From NCBI GenBank assembly GCA_018238155.1, contig JABCTZ010000046.1:96001-160000 (forward strand): a DNA stretch of 64,000 bases, read 5' to 3'. The stretch is from Candidatus Heimdallarchaeota archaeon (GTDB lineage: Archaea > Asgardarchaeota > Heimdallarchaeia > JABLTI01). Shown here piece by piece: positions 50,370 to 60,795 of the stretch. Positions within the stretch are counted from its first letter, which is position 1. Every line of letters starts with the position of its first letter. A program made the translations under genes and the position numbers. The notes under the pieces are model-generated. The model worked only from the letters and a program-made list of their open reading frames with translations. It was not told where the DNA came from and did not search any database.

Positions 50370-51881
50370 TCATTCAATTTGATCGAGTTTTTCTGATGTT
50401 TTAACATTCTTATCGTATAATCCTTCATATGGAGCTCGTTCTCCAGTATTGTAACGCTTGTAAGGGTCTTTGATAAAGGAAACAAACAACATTCCAATTA
50501 TGAAGAACAGTACGAGTGATCCTAGCGCAATTCTAAAAGAATCATTCTCATCTAAGAGAAATGTCTTGGTTCCAAGAAGCATCATCCCAGCAAATATTAA
50601 TGGAGAAACTATTGCACTTACTCTTCCAGCGATTTTTTGGAAACCATTGTATTGAGCTAGTTTGTCAGGGGGAGCAAGAACCATGATAAATTGTCTACCG
50701 ATAATCCAAATGCTTCCAAAACCAATTCCAATACATACTGCACCAAAGAACATTATCCACCAAGGAGTGGTAATACCAAAAAGCTGCCACCCTGCAGCCA
50801 TGGTGAAACCTACACCACCAATCCATGCTAATCCACTTATCAGGAAAGTCTTCTTAGGACCAACGCGCTTCAAAACATGACCCGTTATGAAACCAAATAC
50901 TACTGAGAGTAAAATAGCTACTATAATAATAATGTAGGTTAAACCTGTATCAACTCCAACAGCACCTTCTATTACCGGCACCATAAAGAGAATAGTTGTA
51001 TTTGCAGCATCTACTAAGAAAAACCAACCAATAATAAATAGAATAGAATTACGATCTTTAAAAACGGTTTTAAAAGAATCAATTAGAGCCCTACGAGATT
51101 GCTTAAGATTTTCTCTGGGTTTTAGACCACTTGGAGTTTCTTGTTCCTTGTGGAAAAGATAAGGAATAGACATTAGAATGATAAGAATACCTGCTACTAG
51201 AAAGAGCCAACGCAAGTTTCCTAATTCAATATCAGGAATTGATGTCGAACCAATTCTCCAAATACTTGGTTCAGTTTTAGACCATTTAGGTGAGCCTCCA
51301 ATACCATTAACAACCATTCCCAGAACAACTCCTACTATAGAACCAATTGCTGCAAGGGCTCCACCAATTGATTGAACAATACTCCGATCCTCTGTTTCAG
51401 CTATAAATGGAATTTGAGAATCATATAACATTCTTCCAGTTTGATACATAAAATTGGCTATCACGAAAAGAATGCATGCCCACCAAAAGTTTTCCCAGAT
51501 GGTTATGAGCATCGTTACTGTTACCATTATTGATGCAACGATAATAACAACAGGTTTTCTCTTTCCAAGAGTATCAGAAATTGCTCCGATATATGGACTA
51601 ATAATTGCAACCAACAAATTTGAACCAGCCATAAAAGCTGAAACAATGACGAAAGTTGTTACATAATCCCAACCTTTCAGTGCTCCTAAAAGCAATGCGA
51701 ATGGTGTGAATGCCAAGCTAATAACAGTTTGAGAGAAAAACGTATCAGCCATATCATAGCTGTACCATAGAAAAGCATTTCTTCTATCGGTTTTCTTTGA
51801 CTCTATTGAAGTTGCTTCATCTTCTTCTATAACCAATTTTGAATTTGACATTTTTATCTTACCTCGTATACATCTAATCAA
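50370..51881 (-). CDS. MFS transporter (UMF1/Atg22-like)
   Basis: W..YD.A…F, P..GA.SD..G.RK and about 12 TM helices. Confidence 0.85.
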   Translation of the reverse strand: MIRCIRGKIKMSNSKLVIEEDEATSIESKKTDRRNAFLWYSYDMADTFFSQTVISLAFTPFALLLGALKGWDYVTTFVIVSAFMAGSNLLVAIISPYIGAISDTLGKRKPVVIIVASIMVTVTMLITIWENFWWACILFVIANFMYQTGRMLYDSQIPFIAETEDRSIVQSIGGALAAIGSIVGVVLGMVVNGIGGSPKWSKTEPSIWRIGSTSIPDIELGNLRWLFLVAGILIILMSIPYLFHKEQETPSGLKPRENLKQSRRALIDSFKTVFKDRNSILFIIGWFFLVDAANTTILFMVPVIEGAVGVDTGLTYIIIIVAILLSVVFGFITGHVLKRVGPKKTFLISGLAWIGGVGFTMAAGWQLFGITTPWWIMFFGAVCIGIGFGSIWIIGRQFIMVLAPPDKLAQYNGFQKIAGRVSAIVSPLIFAGMMLLGTKTFLLDENDSFRIALGSLVLFFIIGMLFVSFIKDPYKRYNTGERAPYEGLYDKNVKTSEKLDQIE

Positions 51882-51918
51882 TTAATTTGTAAGTTAATAC
51901 TCTTGATTTCTCTCTCTG

Positions 51919-52953
51919 TTAAATCCTAGTCAATTTCTTTTCAAACTCGCGCAAAGATTGTGGAATATTTGTTTTCCCATCAACTAGAGCAAATTCCCGA
52001 AGAACAGCAGTTACCATTCGTTCTCTTTTGGATTCATCAGTATTCAAATAGAAGAATCGTCCATTTGGGAGTTCTTTTGCTATTTTAGGATATTCAATTT
52101 GTTCGTGAACTTTATCTGTTGTTCCATTAAAAACAAGAATCTCTTTTTGTATTTCATTTAGTCTACCATACAGATTCAATTTTCTTGCTTGATAAGCTGC
52201 TTTTTTCCATTTTCTAGCATCTGCATTATCAAGAAAATCTTCTGATCTTTTTTTCTGAGTTTTCTCTTTCATATTACCAAATAGAACCCACTTGAAAAGT
52301 GGTTTCAACCAATTAACAAGAAATGCTGGAACAATTGGCGCTATATCTAAAAGAAATCTATTAAACCATAATTTATGCATTGGATCAAAAGTAATCATTG
52401 TTGGGGCATGGAGTGTTTTTTCCAACAATCCGAGAAGCTGTATCGTTGCACCCCAACATGGACCTGCGATAATAAAATCAGTATTTTGTAACTCTAAGAA
52501 ATTAATTGTGGATTGAATATCTTTTGCATTTTGTGAAATAGACATATCAGCTTTTCGGATGGGGTTGATTCTGCTTGAACCTTTCTCTCGAGTTTCAACA
52601 TAATAAAATTCTATAGAATCAAATAATCCTTCATACAAGTCTTGAAATCCATCAGCAATAACTCCCCAACCAGGAATAAATAAAATGATTCTTTTGTTTT
52701 TAGGTTTCTTAGGAGTAACATGAAGAACGCGAATTTTCCCACCGTCTACTGGAACAAATATTTCTTCTGTTATTTCCTTATCCCAGTATTTTACCCCTTC
52801 TTTACGTGTTGAATCTATTAATTGGTCTATTTTCATCTGTTGTTCTTCAGTTACCTGTAGCTCTTGTGATTTCTCTTGAATATCATCTGAATCTATTTTC
52901 TTCTTCTTTTTCATACCTTGAGCCCCAAAGTATTTTTGCTGATAAGTTGCCAA
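51919..52953 (-). CDS. Alpha/beta-hydrolase fold protein with Cys at the nucleophile elbow
   Basis: ILFIPGWG oxyanion loop, RE.GSS, GPCWG elbow and G..D.V. Confidence 0.75.
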   Translation of the reverse strand: MATYQQKYFGAQGMKKKKKIDSDDIQEKSQELQVTEEQQMKIDQLIDSTRKEGVKYWDKEITEEIFVPVDGGKIRVLHVTPKKPKNKRIILFIPGWGVIADGFQDLYEGLFDSIEFYYVETREKGSSRINPIRKADMSISQNAKDIQSTINFLELQNTDFIIAGPCWGATIQLLGLLEKTLHAPTMITFDPMHKLWFNRFLLDIAPIVPAFLVNWLKPLFKWVLFGNMKEKTQKKRSEDFLDNADARKWKKAAYQARKLNLYGRLNEIQKEILVFNGTTDKVHEQIEYPKIAKELPNGRFFYLNTDESKRERMVTAVLREFALVDGKTNIPQSLREFEKKLTRI

Positions 52954-53082
52954 ACTTAAGATTATAAAACTATATGAGATTAAAATGATTTTCCCTAAAT
53001 TGACCCTTTTTTCTACTTATTTTTGTCATTAAAACAAGAAGAAGTCTTAAATCCTACTTCAATAATTTTAGAGCTGGTTAAT

Positions 53083-54735
53083 ATGACAAGCACTCTAAAA
53101 ACTCGAAAGGAAAATTTAGCTCTTTTAGCGAAAGAGCACTATGATGTTTTAATTATTGGTGCAGGTATTACTGGAGCAGGAATTGCTTGGGATGCTGCTC
53201 TTCGGGGTTTGAAGGTTGCAATAGTTGATAAAGAGGATTTTGGAGCAGGTACAAGTAGTGGTTCTTCTAAACTTGCCCATGCAGGTATTCGTTATCTCGC
53301 TTATGGTGAATTCAGCTTAGTACGACATGCATCTCGAGAGCGCATATGGATGTTTACACATATTCCACATCAAACGGCTCCTCTTCCATTCCTTATTCCC
53401 ATTTACAAAAAAGGAAAAAATAGTATGATAAAGATGATCTTTGCCGGTGCAATGTATGATATCTTGTCTTTTTTCAAGAATACTAAAACACACAGATTTC
53501 TTTCGAAAAAGAAAACTCTCGAAAAAGTTCCGAATCTTAAAAGCGGGACATTGAAACGCTCACTCTTCTATTACGATGGGACGATGGATGACGCTCGGGT
53601 AACCCTTGAAACTATCCTTTCTGCTCGAGAGTGTGGTGCTCTGTGTTTAAATCATGTCAAAGTTGAAGAATTAAACAAGAAACAAGGACCAGATGGTTTA
53701 AATCAAATCTCAACAATTCTCGCAAGGGATTTGCTTTCTGGGGAAGAAATTAAGATACAAGCAAAAATAATAGTAAATGCAACAGGTCCTTGGACAGATG
53801 AGCTCATTAGCAAAGCTATGGACAGAAAAAGTAAAATTTTACGTACTACAAAAGGAATTCATATAATAACAAAACGAATCATAAAAGAAGATGTTATCAC
53901 AGTCATTACAGCAGATGATGATCGTGGAATGTTTATTATTCCATTTAGAAAAGATTATTCATTAACAGGCACTACAGATACTTTTTATGATGGTGATTTT
54001 AATCATGTTGATGTAGTACAATCAGATATTGACTATGTTATTTCTGCAATCAATAATGACTTTCCTGGAAGCGTTACGAAGGATGATGTTATTAGTGCTT
54101 ATTCTGGCATTCGTCCCTTATTGATTTCTCCAAAAGCTAAAGCTGAAACAGACACCTCTCGAGGATTTGAAATCATAAAAATGCTACCTAATTTTTTCAC
54201 CATTACAGGTGGTAAGTACACCATTTTCAGATATATGGCAGAAAAAATGGTTGATCGTTTAGTTAAAGAGCTTCAATATAAGAAAAAAGATTTCAAATGC
54301 ACAACCAAAAATTCTTTTGTTCATGGTGGCGAAGGAATTGAAGATATAAAGGATTATATAGCTAATAATGTTCCAAAAATAAGCAAAAAATACAAGTTAG
54401 AAGAAGATATTGCTGAGCACATTATCAACACTTATGGAACAATGCATACTGAAGTCTTGAAATTCATTGAAGTGAAAAAAACTTTAGGAAAAAGAATAGC
54501 AAAAGGTAGACCACATATTTTTGCTGAAGTGCACTACTCTGTAGCTAATGAAATATGCTTAACTTTGAGTGATTTTATGCTTCGTCGGTCACAATTACAA
54601 TTACTTGATCATCAAGGTCTTGATTGTGCAGAAAAAATTGCTAAGGAAATGGGTAAAATTCTTGCTTGGGATGAAGCTGAAATTAAGCAGCAATATTCTA
54701 ATTACAAGAAGGAATTGGTTTGGAATCCAAAATAG
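53083..54735 (+). CDS. glpD: FAD-dependent glycerol-3-phosphate dehydrogenase/oxidase (GlpD/GlpA family)
   Basis: IIGAGITGAG, GTSS.SSKL.H.G.RYL, DDAR, NATGPW, GTTD, G.RPL and GGKYT..R.MAE. Likely start ATG 53083. Confidence 0.92.
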   Translation: MTSTLKTRKENLALLAKEHYDVLIIGAGITGAGIAWDAALRGLKVAIVDKEDFGAGTSSGSSKLAHAGIRYLAYGEFSLVRHASRERIWMFTHIPHQTAPLPFLIPIYKKGKNSMIKMIFAGAMYDILSFFKNTKTHRFLSKKKTLEKVPNLKSGTLKRSLFYYDGTMDDARVTLETILSARECGALCLNHVKVEELNKKQGPDGLNQISTILARDLLSGEEIKIQAKIIVNATGPWTDELISKAMDRKSKILRTTKGIHIITKRIIKEDVITVITADDDRGMFIIPFRKDYSLTGTTDTFYDGDFNHVDVVQSDIDYVISAINNDFPGSVTKDDVISAYSGIRPLLISPKAKAETDTSRGFEIIKMLPNFFTITGGKYTIFRYMAEKMVDRLVKELQYKKKDFKCTTKNSFVHGGEGIEDIKDYIANNVPKISKKYKLEEDIAEHIINTYGTMHTEVLKFIEVKKTLGKRIAKGRPHIFAEVHYSVANEICLTLSDFMLRRSQLQLLDHQGLDCAEKIAKEMGKILAWDEAEIKQQYSNYKKELVWNPK

Positions 54736-54792
54736 TTTTCTAAACCATCCAAAATTCTTTTTATTATAAACTAGTTCTATTAATTGATTATC

Positions 54793-56055
54793 ATGAAAGC
54801 AATTATTTGTGGAGAAATAATTCCCGTTACAAGTGAACCAATTAAAAATGGTCATATTCTCATTGATGATAAAGGGAAAATAAAAGATATACGAGAAGGA
54901 TTAGCTGTACCAAAAGGTGTAGAAATTATAAATGCTAGAGCTATGGTTGCTTTTCCTGGATTAGTAGACCCCCATTGTCACGCCTCAGTTTTTGAGGAAA
55001 GTATTGGAATGGGAATGCAAGATGGAAACGAAGGAACAAATCCTCTTACACCTCAAATTAGAGTTATTGATGCTATCAACCCTGCAGATAAAGGATTAAG
55101 ACGTGCTCTTGCCGGAGGGATGACTACTATCTGTGTTTCCCCTGGAAGTGGCAATGTTGTTGGAGGACAGATGACAACTATCAAAACTCATGGAAAGATA
55201 GCTGATGAAATGATTATCCAAGAACTATCTGGAATGAAATGTGCCTTTGGAGAGAATCCAAAAAGGAGCTACGGTAGTAGAAATATCACTCCCTCAACTA
55301 GAATGGGAAGTCTTGGTTTATTCCGCCAGTTACTAATTGAAACACAAAATTACATGAATAAATGGAAGGAATACAAAAAGAAATTGAAACAGTACAAAGA
55401 TGATTTAAAGGAATTTGATTCGAAGAAAAAAACTGGTATTGATACTAATCTGAAGAAACCTGAAGAACCTTCTCTTCCAGAGAAGAATATCAAATATGAA
55501 GCAATGATACCTGTTTTTGAACGAAAAATACCTTTACGAGCACATGCTCATCAAGCTAACGATATTATTTCTGCAATCCGGTTAGCAAAAGAGTTTGAAC
55601 TTAAAGTTTACATTGATCATTGTAGTGAAGGTCACTACATCCTTGATTATTTAGTTGAAAACAAAATTCCAGCAATTGTTGGTCCTACTTTGAGTTACAA
55701 ATCAAAGATTGAAACTAGAAATAAAACATGGAAGACTTTAGGTATATTGTATAATGCCGGTATATTAGTCGCTTTAACTTCTGATCACCCAGTAACTCAT
55801 TGTCAATATCAAATGATTTATGCGATTTTGGCTCACAGAGAAGGCTTATCAAGACAAGGAACCTTTGAAGTTATCACCATCAATGGTGCAAAAATCTTAG
55901 GGTTACAAGACCGCATTGGTTCACTTGAAAAAGGAAAGGATGCTGATATTATACTATTTACGGGTGACCCACTTGATGCTCGTTCTAAAGTAGCTAAAGT
56001 GTTCATTGATGGTCAACAGGTATTTGATATCCAAGATGAAGAAGAATTATTTTAA
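54793..56055 (+). CDS. Metal-dependent amidohydrolase
   Basis: PGLVDPHCH, K.AFGENPK, HAH, DHP and GSLE.GKDAD. Confidence 0.92.
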   Translation: MKAIICGEIIPVTSEPIKNGHILIDDKGKIKDIREGLAVPKGVEIINARAMVAFPGLVDPHCHASVFEESIGMGMQDGNEGTNPLTPQIRVIDAINPADKGLRRALAGGMTTICVSPGSGNVVGGQMTTIKTHGKIADEMIIQELSGMKCAFGENPKRSYGSRNITPSTRMGSLGLFRQLLIETQNYMNKWKEYKKKLKQYKDDLKEFDSKKKTGIDTNLKKPEEPSLPEKNIKYEAMIPVFERKIPLRAHAHQANDIISAIRLAKEFELKVYIDHCSEGHYILDYLVENKIPAIVGPTLSYKSKIETRNKTWKTLGILYNAGILVALTSDHPVTHCQYQMIYAILAHREGLSRQGTFEVITINGAKILGLQDRIGSLEKGKDADIILFTGDPLDARSKVAKVFIDGQQVFDIQDEEELF

Positions 56056-56100
56056 GCTTCTTCACATCACTCTTTTTTTATTAATAGATGATTAAAGTAG

Positions 56101-56150
56101 AGTCTATTTTGAACGTTCCAACAAAAATTGGACTACAAAAGATTTATTTT
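56101..56150 (+). promoter_or_regulatory. Putative operator plus BRE/TATA, similar to 57700-57752
   Basis: AGTCTATTTTGAACGTTCCAA (palindromic core GAACGTTC) upstream of CAAAAGATTTATTT. Confidence 0.45.
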
Positions 56151-56196
56151 TCATAATTTCAACCTATGGAGTGTAATATTTGATTAATTAAATAGG

Positions 56197-57567
56197 TTGA
56201 TTATAATGAGCGAAAAAACTCCAAATGTAAAAGAACCTCTAGCAACTTTTAAACAAAGAGCTTTGGCAGGACTTGTTCCAGATTTTTTGGTTCCAGTTCT
56301 TTTAATGATTTGTGGTGGTATTCTTATAGGAATAGCCTCTGATGCCTTTACAATTGTGGGCGGTGTTATTTGTCAATTAGCAGCATTGATGACATTTATT
56401 GGAACCTTCATTTTCCTCCCTTACAAAAGAAGAGGGCAATCAAATGGCAAAATTAGGCAAAAGATTACTGTAAAGAAAATTGTTGATAAAGACAAGTGGA
56501 TATTAGCTGATTTAGGTGAAGGAGATGTTGGATTAATTGTTGGCAGAGCAATTGTCAATTGGATTGAAGTTTTCTTCATCATACCTTCATTAGTTTCATA
56601 TTTTATGATTAGTAGCAGTAATAATAACCAAACATTGACTGATCGTCTTTTTGGTACAGTTGTTATACAAATCGATCCAGAAGAGTACGATATGAAAAAG
56701 GAAGGAGAAGAAAAGGAAAGCAATAATTGTAGTAATTGTGGAACGCCATTTAAGAAAGGAAAACAATTCTGCTCAAAATGTGGTTCTGAAGCATCAAGCA
56801 GTAAAAAAACAATTGCAACAAAGAAAACAGCTCCAACCCAAGAAGGTGAAACAAATACTCCTGCTTTGATAAGCAAATTTATTCTATTGGGTGGTTCAAT
56901 ATTACCAATAATTACTCTCTTTCTGAGTGTTATATTAAGTCTACTAGTAACAATAAGTTTCAGTATTAATGCATGGGGTGGTTTTTGGCCTTTTAGTGGA
57001 TACTTGTTTTGGAGAGCAACTAAAGGTTTTCTGGTAGTAAGTTATATTTGTTTCTTCATAATGACAGGTGCAATAATTGTGTTAGCCTTTCAATATTCAG
57101 ATAAAGAAAGTATAAATTTGTTAGTTTCCAGTGGTTTATTTGGTGGATTTACTATTTTTTGGATCATATTTTATGAAGCCGGATGGAATTTTGCGCCTTT
57201 CTTGTTTCTTAATGGTAATCTAGTTAGTATTACTATTGGAGGTGTTATATTCTGGATATTAGCTTTAATTTTATTGATTCTGTCTTTATCTTTCTTCAAT
57301 AAATACATCAAACAAATAAATGAAGAACACAATCAAAACATACCAAAATTTTTTGGTCAATTCGTTTTGATACCTGTGATAGTTTTAAGATTAGTTTTCT
57401 TAATCATTGGTGTTGCTGCTATACCAGATCTTGCATTTGGAGCAATAATATACTACTTTAACAAAATATTTGTTTGGGTTGCATTGTTTACTATGATGGG
57501 AATATTTATCGGATTCATTTTTAGAGCGTTAAAATTCAACGCTAAACTAGTACCTACTAAAAGTTAA
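56197..57567 (+). CDS. RDD-family domain plus zinc ribbon plus multi-TM membrane protein
   Basis: R..A…D…GQS.GK…R…QTLTDRLFGTVV and CSNCG…CSKCG. Confidence 0.8.
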   Translation: MIIMSEKTPNVKEPLATFKQRALAGLVPDFLVPVLLMICGGILIGIASDAFTIVGGVICQLAALMTFIGTFIFLPYKRRGQSNGKIRQKITVKKIVDKDKWILADLGEGDVGLIVGRAIVNWIEVFFIIPSLVSYFMISSSNNNQTLTDRLFGTVVIQIDPEEYDMKKEGEEKESNNCSNCGTPFKKGKQFCSKCGSEASSSKKTIATKKTAPTQEGETNTPALISKFILLGGSILPIITLFLSVILSLLVTISFSINAWGGFWPFSGYLFWRATKGFLVVSYICFFIMTGAIIVLAFQYSDKESINLLVSSGLFGGFTIFWIIFYEAGWNFAPFLFLNGNLVSITIGGVIFWILALILLILSLSFFNKYIKQINEEHNQNIPKFFGQFVLIPVIVLRLVFLIIGVAAIPDLAFGAIIYYFNKIFVWVALFTMMGIFIGFIFRALKFNAKLVPTKS

Positions 57568-57699
57568 TAAAAATTCGAAAGAAGGTAATTCTTCTTTCCT
57601 TTTTCTTTTTATAGCTTTGATAATCCATTTCTTTTGTTTTTCTTTTTATGAGAACCAAAAATAAACGAGCAATATAATCTATAATAAATCAAAGCTATC

Positions 57700-57752
57700 A
57701 GTTTATTTTGAAGGTTCAATAGAATTTGAAGTTTCCAAAATCCTTAATAATT
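57700..57752 (+). promoter_or_regulatory. Putative operator plus BRE/TATA
   Basis: AGTTTATTTTGAAGGTTCAA (palindrome TTGAA-GG-TTCAA, 57708-57719) upstream of CAAAATCCTTAATAA. Confidence 0.45.
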
Positions 57753-57782
57753 CTGAAGTAAAAAGAAAATTGTGATTTTTAT

Positions 57783-59039
57783 ATGAAAGCAATACTATGT
57801 GGAAAAATTATTCCAGTTACAAAAGAAGTCATCGAAAATGGTCATATTCTTATTGATGATAAGGGGAAAATCAAAAAAATCGGCAAAGGTTTTGATGTTC
57901 CCAAAGATGCAGAAATAATTGATGGGAAAGATTTAGTTGCTTTTCCAGGTATTATCGACGTTCATTGCCACGCTACAGTTTGGGAAGAAGAAATTGGTAA
58001 TAATCTTCAAGATGGTAACGAAATGACTGATCCAATTACTCCTCAAATCAGAGTGCTTGATGCAATCAATCCAATGGAAAGAGGTCTGCGAAGAGCTATC
58101 AGTGGAGGTGTTACTTGTATCTGTGTTTCTCCAGGTAGTGCTAATGTCGTAGGTGGTCAAATGACAACCATCAAAACACATGGCAAAATTGTTGATGATA
58201 TGGTCATCCAAGAAACAGCCGGAATGAAATGTGCCTTTGGTGAGAATCCAAAAAGAGTTTATGGTAGTCGCAATGTCATGCCCCAAACTCGAATGGGAAA
58301 CTTGGGTCTTTTTAGACAGCTAATGATCGAAACCCAGAATTATATGAACAAATGGGATGACTATACAAAGAAACTAAAACAATACAAAGAGGACTTGAAG
58401 GAATACAAAGCAAAAGAGGCAAAAAAGGAAAAGGATCTTAAGAAACCTCAAGAACCAACCAAACCAGATAAAAATATCAAATTTGAAGCAATGGTTCCCG
58501 TTTTTAAGAAAAAAATCCCATTGCGTGCTCATGCCCACCAAGCTAATGATATCATTTCTGCAGTTCGTTTAGCAAAAGAATTTGATGTTGATGTCTGCAT
58601 CGAACATTGTACTCATGGTCACCAAATAATTGACTTTCTAGTAGAAAATAAAGTGCCAGCAATTGTTGGTCCGACTTTTGGTTTTAGAACAAAAATCGAA
58701 TTGAATGACATGACTTGGAAAACCTTAGGTGAATTGTACAAAGCAGGAATTCTCGTTTCTCTTACAGCAGATCATCCAGTAGTTCCACTTCAATATCAAA
58801 CAATTTATGCAGCTTTGGCACATCGCGAAGGTTTACCACTTCAAGGTGCTTATGAAGTCCTCACTATCAACGGAGCAAAAATCTTAGGAATTGAGGATAG
58901 AGTTGGTTCCTTAGAAGAAGGCAAAGATGCTGACTTCTCACTCTTTACTGGCGATCCTTTAGACATTCAATCTAAACCTGCTAAAGTGTTCATTGATGGT
59001 GAATTAGTCTACGATATGAATGAAGAATACTTATTCTAA
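57783..59039 (+). CDS. Metal-dependent amidohydrolase, close paralog of 54793-56055
   Basis: PGIIDVHCH, AFGENPK, HAH and DHP; collinear with the upstream copy. Confidence 0.92.
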   Translation: MKAILCGKIIPVTKEVIENGHILIDDKGKIKKIGKGFDVPKDAEIIDGKDLVAFPGIIDVHCHATVWEEEIGNNLQDGNEMTDPITPQIRVLDAINPMERGLRRAISGGVTCICVSPGSANVVGGQMTTIKTHGKIVDDMVIQETAGMKCAFGENPKRVYGSRNVMPQTRMGNLGLFRQLMIETQNYMNKWDDYTKKLKQYKEDLKEYKAKEAKKEKDLKKPQEPTKPDKNIKFEAMVPVFKKKIPLRAHAHQANDIISAVRLAKEFDVDVCIEHCTHGHQIIDFLVENKVPAIVGPTFGFRTKIELNDMTWKTLGELYKAGILVSLTADHPVVPLQYQTIYAALAHREGLPLQGAYEVLTINGAKILGIEDRVGSLEEGKDADFSLFTGDPLDIQSKPAKVFIDGELVYDMNEEYLF

Positions 59040-59050
59040 AAAATAATGTT

Positions 59051-59082
59051 AGCCACATTGTGTGGCTTTTAATTTTCTTTTT
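59051..59082 (+). terminator. Hairpin plus T-tract between convergent genes
   Basis: AGCCACA-ttg-TGTGGCT followed by a T-rich run. Confidence 0.6.
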
Positions 59083-59086
59083 CAGC

Positions 59087-60664
59087 TTACCAATTACTAC
59101 CTATGAGTGCTAAAAAGAGCAAACTTACTACTGACATGACTGTTACAACCACGCCTTCAAGCAAATCAAATTTATTATCATCCATTATCATTGAGTGAAC
59201 AATTAAAGACATTACAAAAATACCTCCCGTTACAAGAGTTATTTCTAATGTTATTGGTATACCAATTGCAAATAATCCACTCAGTAGAAATGGCACTCCA
59301 AAGAGTATGTAAAATGTTTGATTTATTGCAGAAACTTGGTGTACTAGTCCAACCTCTTGTAGTTCTTTATCTTTACTCAACAATCCTCTGAAAGTTACTA
59401 CTAGTTCAGGAGAAGAGGATACAATTCCAACTAGTACAGCGTAAACTAATACAGGTACTTCATCTAAGATTAATTCGATTGTGTCAAAACCTTGTTCGAT
59501 AGATCTAGCTAGAATAAAACCACCCAGGATGATTCCTCCTAAACCGAAGAGAAATAGTGCAATAATAATAATCCATGGCCATCTTCTCAATGTATCAAAT
59601 GCGTGTTCTTCTCCACGACTTTTTCTATTATTCTTATTTGAAGAATCAAGTTCTTTTGTAGAATTATCACCATTACCATTTTCGTGATTTGTTTCAATTA
59701 ATCGTAATTGTAGTGGAGGTGATTCAGAATCAACTAGTATTACATCATCTTCATCAGGAAAGAATTCAGATATCAAAGTTTGTGGTGTAGATGTTTTCTT
59801 GCCTAATTGTCTTATTAAAAAGAAAATAAAGAAGAAGTAAACCAAGATAAGGGCTATTCCAATGACAATTTCAAATGGAGTTTGATATGTTATTGATTCT
59901 GATGGTGTGTCACCCTGCAGATTTTTAAACTCAAAATAAAATCCGTAGATCATTACCACAAAAGAGAACACAACCATCCCTTGTATTAGGTTTGTTTCAT
60001 AAAATGTTAATTCTTTTGGCAAATCGAAAGGTTCATTTTTTGATACATAAATCATTGATATACCAAGAAAGAAGATATTGATTATTACGGTAGTAAGAAT
60101 TAATACTATTGCAGCTGTTGCTAAATCCTCATTATTATGAGTTTTTGAGTTTACTAACAAGATAATAACTACTACAAGTTCTGCTAATGCTGCTCCAATT
60201 GCTTGAATAATGCCTGCAAGATATGGGTTCCAATTCATTTTATCTTGTATTCCTTTTACACCCATAATAATCAATTCTGCTGCTCCAAAAACAATTAGAA
60301 CACCGGCTATAAAGCCAATAATCATATAAATTAAACCCCAGACAATGGAATGTTCTATTTCAACCTTCATCACTCCACCAATTATGAAGAATGCAATCAT
60401 AAAAACTATACCAAGTATTAGAGAGATGATTGTGGATAAATGTAAATTTGAAAATAAAGTTTCTATTGCTTCTTCGGCTTCCACATCTTCCAAAATATCT
60501 GGAGAGTCATCTTCTTCAAAAATTGTTGTTGGCATATCCCAATCTTCGGGTTCTTGATAATCATCTATCTCTTTAACCTGTGTAGGCGGGGGTTTGCTTC
60601 CCTCGTCGTTCTTGTTCATCTGTTTTTGATTACCTCTGTAGGGAACTAATAATGAATAGTTCAA
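59087..60664 (-). CDS. Ca2+/cation antiporter (CaCA superfamily)-like membrane protein
   Basis: Two TM bundles separated by an acidic loop, with alpha-repeat-like GAALAE and VSSSPE. The real start is probably the internal MNKND. Confidence 0.75.
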   Translation of the reverse strand: MNYSLLVPYRGNQKQMNKNDEGSKPPPTQVKEIDDYQEPEDWDMPTTIFEEDDSPDILEDVEAEEAIETLFSNLHLSTIISLILGIVFMIAFFIIGGVMKVEIEHSIVWGLIYMIIGFIAGVLIVFGAAELIIMGVKGIQDKMNWNPYLAGIIQAIGAALAELVVVIILLVNSKTHNNEDLATAAIVLILTTVIINIFFLGISMIYVSKNEPFDLPKELTFYETNLIQGMVVFSFVVMIYGFYFEFKNLQGDTPSESITYQTPFEIVIGIALILVYFFFIFFLIRQLGKKTSTPQTLISEFFPDEDDVILVDSESPPLQLRLIETNHENGNGDNSTKELDSSNKNNRKSRGEEHAFDTLRRWPWIIIIALFLFGLGGIILGGFILARSIEQGFDTIELILDEVPVLVYAVLVGIVSSSPELVVTFRGLLSKDKELQEVGLVHQVSAINQTFYILFGVPFLLSGLFAIGIPITLEITLVTGGIFVMSLIVHSMIMDDNKFDLLEGVVVTVMSVVSLLFLALIGSNW

Positions 60665-60795
60665 ATCCGAGTATCTAATGTGAAAAAGGTAGCGCTTGTT
60701 TTTAAATGATTTGTAATCGCTTTCTTTTTATTACTTTGATACTAATTTCTACGGAAAAAGCAAGTAAAAATGACAAAAATGAGCTATTTTTTGAT

